A DNA stretch of 64,000 nucleotides from an uncultured Clostridia bacterium (lineage in GTDB: Bacteria; Bacillota; Clostridia; TANB77; CAG-508), in contig CALXFG010000003.1 of NCBI GenBank assembly GCA_944387505.1, positions 751 to 64,750 of the forward strand, in the 5' to 3' direction. Each line of letters begins with the position of its first letter. The stretch's first letter is position 1. Of this stretch, positions 51,799 through 58,796 are shown piece after piece. Below the pieces are notes generated by a model. That model saw nothing but the letters and a program-made list of their open reading frames with translations, did not search any database and had not been told where the DNA came from. The translations under genes were made by a program, and so were the position numbers.

Positions 51799-52991
51799 TA
51801 TTTGTCACCTTCCTTTCTTAATCCTAAATAACGATAAGGATTATCTATTTTTCCAGTTTTTACGATTTCTGATAAATCTGTATAGACACTTTCGATGTCA
51901 TCAGCTTTTGTATCTCTACCACCAATACCATATACATAGTTAACTGCAGGTACATGAATATTGTTTACATACATTGCAGATGTAACATCTTCAAATAAAG
52001 CACCACCAGCAGCATTTAAAGAATCTGCTTTATCTAATACAGCAATTGCTTTTAGATGTGATAATGCTTTTGCAATTTCTTCTACTGGGAATGGTCTAAA
52101 TACACGAACTTTTAATAAACCTGCTTTTACACCTTGTTCTCTTAATTTATCAACAACAAATTTGGTTGTACCAGCTGTTGAGTTCATACAAACAATGGCG
52201 ATTTCTGCATCATCTAATTTATATTCTTCAAAAAGACCATATTTTCTACCAGTCATTTTTTCAAAATCTTTTGCTACATCTAAAATAACTTGTTTAGCAT
52301 TTCTCATAGCTTCTGCTTGTTGTGCCTTGTGTTCAAATAAATAGCTTTGTAAATCTAATGGTCCAACAGCAATTGGCTCATTTCTATTTAATAAATAATG
52401 TTCTGGTTTATATGTTCCAACAAATTCTTTTACTTTATCATCTTCAAGAAGTTCTATATTTTCAATAGAATGAGAAGTGATAAATCCATCTTGACAAACC
52501 ATTAATGGAAGCATAACATTTTTGTTTTCAGCAATTCTATGTGCCATTAAAAGATTGTCATAAGCTTCTTGGTTACTTTCAGAAAATAACATAATCCAAC
52601 CAGCATCCCTAACACCCATAGCATCTGAATGATCATTATGAATGTTTAAAGGTCCTGATACAGCTCTGTTTACTAAAGACATAACAATAGGTAAACGTAA
52701 GCTAGAAGCAATATAGATCATTTCCCACATTAAAGATAGACCATTTGCAGATGTTGCTGTCATAGCTCTTGCGCCTGCTGCTTCTGCACCAATACAAGCA
52801 CTCATAGCACTGTGTTCACTTTCAACAGCAACAAATTCTGTATCTACAAGACCATTATCAACAAAAGTTGAAAAGTATTGTGGAATTTCTGTTGAAGGGG
52901 TAATAGGGAAGGCTGCGACTACATCTGGATTAATTTGTTTCATAGCAGTTGCTGCTGCTTCATTACCACTTAATCTTTCTCTAATACTCAT
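51798..52991 (-). CDS. porA: 2-oxoacid:ferredoxin oxidoreductase, alpha subunit
   Basis: About 397 aa starting at ATG 52991 after GAGGAAGGTG. Typical alpha N-terminus LSGNEAAA...AFPITPSTEI. Confidence 0.9.
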   Translation of the reverse strand: MSIRERLSGNEAAATAMKQINPDVVAAFPITPSTEIPQYFSTFVDNGLVDTEFVAVESEHSAMSACIGAEAAGARAMTATSANGLSLMWEMIYIASSLRLPIVMSLVNRAVSGPLNIHNDHSDAMGVRDAGWIMLFSESNQEAYDNLLMAHRIAENKNVMLPLMVCQDGFITSHSIENIELLEDDKVKEFVGTYKPEHYLLNRNEPIAVGPLDLQSYLFEHKAQQAEAMRNAKQVILDVAKDFEKMTGRKYGLFEEYKLDDAEIAIVCMNSTAGTTKFVVDKLREQGVKAGLLKVRVFRPFPVEEIAKALSHLKAIAVLDKADSLNAAGGALFEDVTSAMYVNNIHVPAVNYVYGIGGRDTKADDIESVYTDLSEIVKTGKIDNPYRYLGLRKEGDK

Positions 52992-52992
52992 A

Positions 52993-53295
52993 TTATTCAA
53001 CACCTTCCTCTCTCATTTCAATCGCACCGAAAGGGCATACTTTGGCACATACACCGCAACCTTTACAGTAATCATAATTGAAATCTTTTCTTTTTAAATC
53101 TTCTTTTCCTACTGGAATAGCATCTTCAGGGCAAACAGGGAAGCATAAACCACATTGTTTGCATTTATCAGATAGAAATACAGGATAAGAACTTCTCCAA
53201 TCGCCTGTTTTAAAATCTCTTGCATTTCCAGCAGTATAAATATCTCCACCAGGAGTTAATTTCTCCATAGGTGTGTTTGCATTTATATCTGTCAT
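52993..53295 (-). CDS. porD: 2-oxoacid:ferredoxin oxidoreductase, delta (2x[4Fe-4S]) subunit
   Basis: CKQCGLCFPVCP and CKGCGVCAKVCP. Confidence 0.9.
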   Translation of the reverse strand: MTDINANTPMEKLTPGGDIYTAGNARDFKTGDWRSSYPVFLSDKCKQCGLCFPVCPEDAIPVGKEDLKRKDFNYDYCKGCGVCAKVCPFGAIEMREEGVE

Positions 53296-53410
53296 TTTTT
53301 ACATCATCCTTTCTTAATAATTAAACCTAATTGGAAAAAAATTAAATTTTAGCAAGAAAAAATCAATTTCACCACTACGTATAGCTAAAAGTGTAATTAT
53401 TTTTCAATTA

Positions 53411-53992
53411 TTATTGAACTTTCTTAACTTCTTTTAAAGCCATTTCTAATGCTTTCATATTTCCGTCTATAACCTCAGGCTTTTTAGCAAATTTATGTTT
53501 AAAAGAACCTTTCATATCTTCTAATAATTCATCATCAGTCATAATTTTACTTACTTTTACAATGGCAGCTAGCATAGGTGTATTTGGAAAATATCTTCCT
53601 AAAGCTTCCTCTGAAATTTTTCTAGCATCAATTGTGTACACTTCTCCAGAATATCCTTTTAATTCTTTTTTTAGTTGTTCAGCAGATTTTGTTGTGTTAA
53701 TCACAATAGCGCCTGTTTCTTTTAAACCAGAAGTAACATCAACTGATTCTAAAAGCGTGTCATCTACAACTACCACATAATCTGGTTCATAAATATTACT
53801 ATGAATTGTGATAGGTGTTTCACTAATTCTGTTATATGCAGTGATAGGGGCACCCATTCTTTCAGGACCATATTCAGGAAATCCTTGAATATATTTACCA
53901 GTATTAAAAGCTGCATCAGCTAATAATAAAGATGCTGTTTTGGCACCTTGTCCGCCTCTACCATGCCATCTAATTTCTATCATGTTATCCAT
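53411..53992 (-). CDS. porG: 2-oxoacid:ferredoxin oxidoreductase, gamma subunit
   Basis: IRWHGRGGQGAKTAS motif. First gene of the gamma-delta-alpha-beta operon. Confidence 0.9.
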   Translation of the reverse strand: MDNMIEIRWHGRGGQGAKTASLLLADAAFNTGKYIQGFPEYGPERMGAPITAYNRISETPITIHSNIYEPDYVVVVDDTLLESVDVTSGLKETGAIVINTTKSAEQLKKELKGYSGEVYTIDARKISEEALGRYFPNTPMLAAIVKVSKIMTDDELLEDMKGSFKHKFAKKPEVIDGNMKALEMALKEVKKVQ

Positions 53993-54079
53993 TCTTAAAT
54001 TGCCTCCTTTTATTAAAATTTTACGACTTTAGTATATGACTAAATAGTTTTAATGTCAATACATTTGACGAAAAATGAA

Positions 54080-54198
54080 ACGTTGGGGACGTGTCAAAAT
54101 GGACAAAAAATGGTCAAAAGGGACAGGTCTAAATTGTATGCCAAAGGGGACGTGCCTTTTTGGCAACTTTCGGAATGATTTGGTATGTCCCCAACGTA
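54080..54198. repeat. Palindromic element D (119 bp) built from GNCAAANGGGACR words
   Basis: ACGTTGGGGAC (54080-54090) / GTCCCCAACGT (54188-54198). The interior carries GTCAAAATGGACA, GTCAAAAGGGACA and GCCAAAGGGGACG. Confidence 0.85.
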
Positions 54199-54588
54199 AC
54201 TACTCAGTTGTAAAGATATTTGATATTAAACGAGTTCATGTATATTTATTTCTCACAAATTCCTCGGTTCAATACGTGCTCTAGCCTTTCTAACTATAAA
54301 AGAAACGAGCCTCTCGCTATTCCCGCTTCCTCATTTCTTTTTATATATTAGAAAAGTCATACTGACTTTCTAATATATAAACTCAATGCACACAAATTTT
54401 ACTAAAGTAAAATTTGGCGCTGAACAATGACGCGAGCTTTAAAATGTCATAAATAGAGAAAATGTTCAAAAAAGCTCGCTATTGTTCTAATCAGAAAGGC
54501 TACAAGCACTCCAATTACATTCGTCATTTGTGAGAAATAAATATACATGAACTCGTAATTAGAAATTTTATGCAACTGAATAGTTACG
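54195..54588. repeat. Long nested palindromic element E (~392 bp), homologous to element C
   Basis: About 64-bp imperfect arms: 54196-54259 pairs with 54524-54587. An internal hairpin at 54298-54341 carries the loop CCTCTCGCTATTCCCGCTTC (16/20 identical to the C loop). Confidence 0.9.
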
Positions 54589-54687
54589 CCTCAACAAGAT
54601 TTTTTAACAAATTACTTGTATAATGAAAATAATTGTGATATAAATATAAGTATAAAAATAAAGCTAAGGAAGAAAGGCGGAGTTTTT

Positions 54688-55422
54688 GTGGAAGAAGAAA
54701 TAGATAGAGATCAAAAAACAATTTTAATTGTTGATGATGAACAACCAATAAGAGAAATATTAGTATATAATTTAAAAAAAGAGGGATATAATGTCATCGA
54801 AGCAAGCGATGGAGTAACAGCATTAAATATCGCATTAGAGCAATACCCAGACTTAATTTTGCTAGACATCATGCTTCCAAAAATGGATGGATTATCAGTA
54901 TGTAAAAGAATCAAAAATTCTTATAATGTACCAATTTTGATGTTAACCGCAAAAGATAGTGAAATTGATAAAATATTGGGATTAGAATTAGGAGCAGATG
55001 ACTATATTACAAAACCATTTAGTGTTAGAGAATTGATAGCAAGGGTAAAAGCGAATTTAAGAAAAGTTGAAAATATGTCTATGGCAAGATTAGATAATGA
55101 CAATTCAAAAAAGAAAGAAAATAAAATTGTTGTTAATGATTTGGAATTAGATTTAGACAAATTTGAAGTAAAAATCAGAGGAGAAGTCATAGATTTAACC
55201 GTAAGAGAATTTGAAGTTATCAAATTTTTAGCATCACAACCAGGACAAGTTGTTACAAGAGAAACATTGCTAGAAAAAGTTTGGGGATATGAATATTATG
55301 GAGACATTAGAACAGTAGATGTAACTGTAAGAAGAATTAGAGAAAAAATTGAAAAAGATACATCATCACCAAAAATACTAATCACCAAAAGGGGAGTCGG
55401 ATATTATATAGCTTCAAAATAG
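54688..55422 (+). CDS. OmpR-family response regulator (WalR/YycF-like)
   Basis: GTG 54688 after GGCGGAG. Receiver ILIVDDEQP...LILLDIMLP...LTAKD and a winged-helix C-terminus. Confidence 0.9.
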   Translation: MEEEIDRDQKTILIVDDEQPIREILVYNLKKEGYNVIEASDGVTALNIALEQYPDLILLDIMLPKMDGLSVCKRIKNSYNVPILMLTAKDSEIDKILGLELGADDYITKPFSVRELIARVKANLRKVENMSMARLDNDNSKKKENKIVVNDLELDLDKFEVKIRGEVIDLTVREFEVIKFLASQPGQVVTRETLLEKVWGYEYYGDIRTVDVTVRRIREKIEKDTSSPKILITKRGVGYYIASK

Positions 55423-55621
55423 TGTCCAATTGGGGACGTTTCTGTTTGGGACATTTTTATTTAAAATGCATTTTTTAATAAAAGCAAATGTATTAAATTT
55501 TAGAATTTTTTATTTTTATTCTGCAATATTCGTCTAAAAAAATAAATAAATTTAATACATTTGCTTTAATTAAATAGATATATTATAAAATGTCCCAAAC
55601 AGAAACGTCCCCAATTGGACA
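55423..55621. repeat. Long palindromic element F (199 bp; 35-bp perfect arms with GGGGACG)
   Basis: TGTCCAATTGGGGACGTTTCTGTTTGGGACATTTT (55423-55457) and its exact reverse complement (55587-55621). Starts 1 nt after the regulator's stop codon. Confidence 0.95.
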
Positions 55622-55648
55622 AAAAGAGAAAAAAGAAAGGAATTATAA

Positions 55649-56704
55649 ATGAACAGAACAAAAACAAGAAAAATTATGGTAGGAAATGTACAAATAGGTG
55701 CACAAAATAAAGTGGTTATTCAATCTATGTGTAATACGAAAACAAAAGATATAAAAGCGACTGTAAAACAAATATTGGATTTGGAAAAAGCAGGTTGTGA
55801 AATGATAAGAGTAGCGGCATTAGATATGGATGATGCGAAAGCGATAAAAGAAATAAAAAAACAAATTCATATTCCTATTGTTGCAGATATACATTTTGAT
55901 TATAAGATTGCTCTAGAGGCAATAAAAGCAGGTGTTGATAAAGTTAGAATTAACCCAGGAAATATTGGAAGTGAAGATAAAGTCAGAGCAGTTGTAGACC
56001 AATGTAAAGAACATCATATTCCTATTAGAATCGGAGTGAATGCAGGTTCTTTAGAGAAAGATTTGCTAGAACAATATGGAAAGCCAACAGCAAAGGCAAT
56101 GGTTGAGAGTGCAAGAAGACATATAGAAATATTAGAAAAATTAGATTTTAAAGATTATTTGATTTCTTTAAAAGCTTCTAATTTAGATTTATGTATAGAA
56201 AGCTATGAGGAGGCTGCAAAGGCTTTTGATTGTCCATTACATTTAGGAATTACAGAAAGTGGCACAGAATTTAGTGGAACTGTCAAATCTAGTATTGGGT
56301 TAGGCTATATGTTAAGAAATGGAATAGGAGATACGATGAGGGTATCTCTTTCAGATGATCCAGTCAAAGAAATTAGAGTGGCTAAAGAAATCTTAAAAGA
56401 TTGTAATTTGTATCACAAAGTACCAACATTAGTAGCTTGTCCTACTTGTGGAAGAACACAAATTGATTTAATTCCAATAGCGAAAGAGGTGGAAGAATTT
56501 TTAGGAACCATAGAATCAGACATTACAGTTGCAGTAATGGGATGTGCAGTGAATGGACCAGGAGAAGCGAGAGAAGCAGATATTGGGATTGCAGGTGGTG
56601 TGAAAGAAGGTTTGCTATTTAAAAAAGGTGAAATCATCAAAAAAGTGCCACAGGAAAAGATTGTAGAAGTATTAAAAGAAGAAATTTTAGAGATGGTAAA
56701 ATAG
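55649..56704 (+). CDS. ispG: 4-hydroxy-3-methylbut-2-en-1-yl diphosphate synthase
   Basis: 351 aa. Conserved VQSMCNT, ADIHFD and Cys ligands CPTCGRT ... GCAVNGPGE. Confidence 0.93.
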   Translation: MNRTKTRKIMVGNVQIGAQNKVVIQSMCNTKTKDIKATVKQILDLEKAGCEMIRVAALDMDDAKAIKEIKKQIHIPIVADIHFDYKIALEAIKAGVDKVRINPGNIGSEDKVRAVVDQCKEHHIPIRIGVNAGSLEKDLLEQYGKPTAKAMVESARRHIEILEKLDFKDYLISLKASNLDLCIESYEEAAKAFDCPLHLGITESGTEFSGTVKSSIGLGYMLRNGIGDTMRVSLSDDPVKEIRVAKEILKDCNLYHKVPTLVACPTCGRTQIDLIPIAKEVEEFLGTIESDITVAVMGCAVNGPGEAREADIGIAGGVKEGLLFKKGEIIKKVPQEKIVEVLKEEILEMVK

Positions 56705-56818
56705 GATATAAGAAGCTTAACCTTGTTGTACACGAAAAAATCTTATATAAGATCAAGATAAAAGATGATGTTTTCTGTACAATAAACTAGATATTGTAGA
56801 ATGGAGAGAAGTAGGAAT

Positions 56819-57679
56819 ATGGAATTAATCGTGGGAAAAACAGCTGGTTTTTGTTATGGTGTAAAAAGAGCAGTAGAAGGTGCAAAAAAAATATTAGAAA
56901 CAGAAAAAAATATATATGGTTTAGGAGAAATCGTAAATAATAAAGAAGTCATTAAAGAATTAGAACAATTGGGTATGAAGTTTGCTAATAACATAAATGA
57001 AGTCAAAAATAAAGTGATTATACGAGCACATGGAGTATCTAAAGAAATTTATAAATTGGCAAAAGGAAAAAGAATAGAATTAATAGATTATACTTGTCCT
57101 AAAGTGATAAAAATACATGGAATCGTAAAAGAATATGCTAATCAAGAATATTATATATTTCTTTTAGGTGCAAAAGAACATCCAGAAAATATAGGGACAA
57201 TTAGCTATTGTAAACAACATATTGCCATTATAGAACAGGAAGAGGATGTAAATAAAGCATTAGAAAACTTGAAAGCATCAAAGATAAAAAAAGTATTACT
57301 GATATCCCAAACGACATATAGTTTAGAAAAATTTTCTATTATAGAAGAAATGATAAAAAATAAATTACCTAAAAATGTAGAATTGGTTGTAAAGAATACT
57401 ATATGCCAAGCAACGGAAATTAGGCAAAAAGAAACAGAAAAGATAGCTAAAAAAGCAAATGCTATGATTATTATTGGTGGAAAAAATAGTTCCAATACCA
57501 AAAAATTATATGAAATTGCAAAACAGCATTGTCAAATGGTTTTATGGGTGGAAAATGAAACAGAATTAGAACTTGATAAAATCAAACCGACAGATAAAGT
57601 TGGAATTATGGCAGGAGCTTCAACACCAAAAGAAAGTATCACAAAAGTGATTGAAGAAATAAAAAAGGTTTCTTCTTAA
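56819..57679 (+). CDS. ispH: 4-hydroxy-3-methylbut-2-enyl diphosphate reductase
   Basis: GFCYGVKRAV, TCPKV, NTICQAT and GGKNSSNT motifs. ATG 56819 preferred. Confidence 0.93.
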   Translation: MELIVGKTAGFCYGVKRAVEGAKKILETEKNIYGLGEIVNNKEVIKELEQLGMKFANNINEVKNKVIIRAHGVSKEIYKLAKGKRIELIDYTCPKVIKIHGIVKEYANQEYYIFLLGAKEHPENIGTISYCKQHIAIIEQEEDVNKALENLKASKIKKVLLISQTTYSLEKFSIIEEMIKNKLPKNVELVVKNTICQATEIRQKETEKIAKKANAMIIIGGKNSSNTKKLYEIAKQHCQMVLWVENETELELDKIKPTDKVGIMAGASTPKESITKVIEEIKKVSS

Positions 57680-57744
57680 CTTTTAGGTGAAAAGGAAACA
57701 TGAAATATTTGTCGAATTTTGCGATGAAAAATAGAAAAAGATAA

Positions 57745-57772
57745 AAAGAACTTGTTGACAAGTTCTTTTTTT
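57745..57772 (+). terminator. Rho-independent terminator after ispH
   Basis: AGAACTTG / CAAGTTCT stem followed by a T7 run. Confidence 0.8.
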
Positions 57773-57800
57773 GACAGTATACTAGAAGAAATTATATAAT
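57771..57800 (+). promoter_or_regulatory. Promoter TTGACA-18-TATAAT
   Basis: -35 at 57771-57776 and -10 at 57795-57800. Confidence 0.55.
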
Positions 57801-57808
57801 TTTTATTC

Positions 57809-57824
57809 AATAGAAATTTCTATT
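57809..57824. promoter_or_regulatory. Perfect 16-bp palindrome (operator-like) just downstream of the promoter
   Basis: AATAGAAATTTCTATT is its own reverse complement. Confidence 0.5.
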
Positions 57825-57876
57825 TATTTATTCATTTAATGATTAATGTTTCTATATGTTATAAACTTAAATCTTT

Positions 57877-58070
57877 GATCCAATAAAAATCTATCGTTGG
57901 GCAAAAATGATCCAACAAAAAGTCCATAATGATTTAAAGTGTTAATCAAAAATCTATAGTTGGTCAAAAAAATGATCAAAATTCCATATCTGATCAAAAA
58001 TAATTGATCAAAATTCCATGTTTGGTAAAAAATAAATAACGCAAAATTCCGCATTTCGAAAGAAATATAT
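57877..58070 (+). repeat. Six degenerate ~30-35-nt tandem repeats (GATCAAAAWTCYATNKTTGGTCAAAAA-like)
   Basis: Units start near 57877, 57909, 57944, 57974, 58006 and 58041. Confidence 0.75.
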
Positions 58071-58102
58071 CAAAGGAGGTTTTATTTTAGTGCACTAAAA
58101 TC

Positions 58103-58738
58103 ATGTATATGAATCGAAAATTTGTTGCAAAAAGTAATTTTGTACTAAGGAGAGTGTTAAACACAGAAGAAAATACAGATATATTAAAAGAATTTATAGA
58201 GGTGATGTTAAACTTAGAAATAAAAGAAGCAAAAATAAATCCATACTTAGAAAAATTAAAAGAACTTTTACCAGCTGAAGAAAATTTTGGCATTGCAGAT
58301 TTACGAATCAAGACAGCTCAAAACCAAGAACAAAATATAGGTATACAAATGATTGATGGAGAACATATTTTAGTAAAGATGTTGTTATATTATGTACAAA
58401 TTCACGCAAATCAATTAGAATATGATGAACATAGAGAAGTTGTAAAAACAACAACCATTAATATTTTAGATTTTGTTTTGAACAAAGAATTAGAATATCA
58501 TAGCAAAATGGTAGTAAAAGAAGGAAATATGACAAACATTATTGATAATTATCCAGAAATTCATATTTTGCAATTACCCAAATTTAGCCTTAAAGATAGT
58601 AGAAATATGACTTTAAAACAAGCATGGATAAGCTATTTAAAAGGAGAAAATACAGAAGAAGCAATCAAACAAAGTGAGAAGATAAAAAAGTTGGATAATC
58701 TACTTGAAAAATATTGGAGGGAGGAGATAATGGAATAA
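58103..58738 (+). CDS. PD-(D/E)XK nuclease-family (Rpn/YhgA-like putative transposase) protein
   Basis: N-terminal pattern SNFVLRRVLNTEENTDILKEFIEVMLNL...ADLRIKT...IGIQMID resembles this family. The SD is poorly placed. Confidence 0.6.
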   Translation: MYMNRKFVAKSNFVLRRVLNTEENTDILKEFIEVMLNLEIKEAKINPYLEKLKELLPAEENFGIADLRIKTAQNQEQNIGIQMIDGEHILVKMLLYYVQIHANQLEYDEHREVVKTTTINILDFVLNKELEYHSKMVVKEGNMTNIIDNYPEIHILQLPKFSLKDSRNMTLKQAWISYLKGENTEEAIKQSEKIKKLDNLLEKYWREEIME

Positions 58739-58781
58739 AAAAACGTGCGTAAACGAAATCAAAGATTTCGACGCACGTTTT
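58739..58781. terminator. Bidirectional terminator between convergent genes
   Basis: AAAACGTGCGT...CGAAATC/GATTTCG...ACGCACGTTTT. Confidence 0.8.
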
Positions 58782-58796
58782 AAATTTGTATAGGAA

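Noticed and set aside
54075-54284. 69-aa plus-strand ORF in the por-regulator intergenic region
   Set aside because: It lies entirely within palindromic elements D and E. Its sequence is dictated by the repeat words, and it has no SD.
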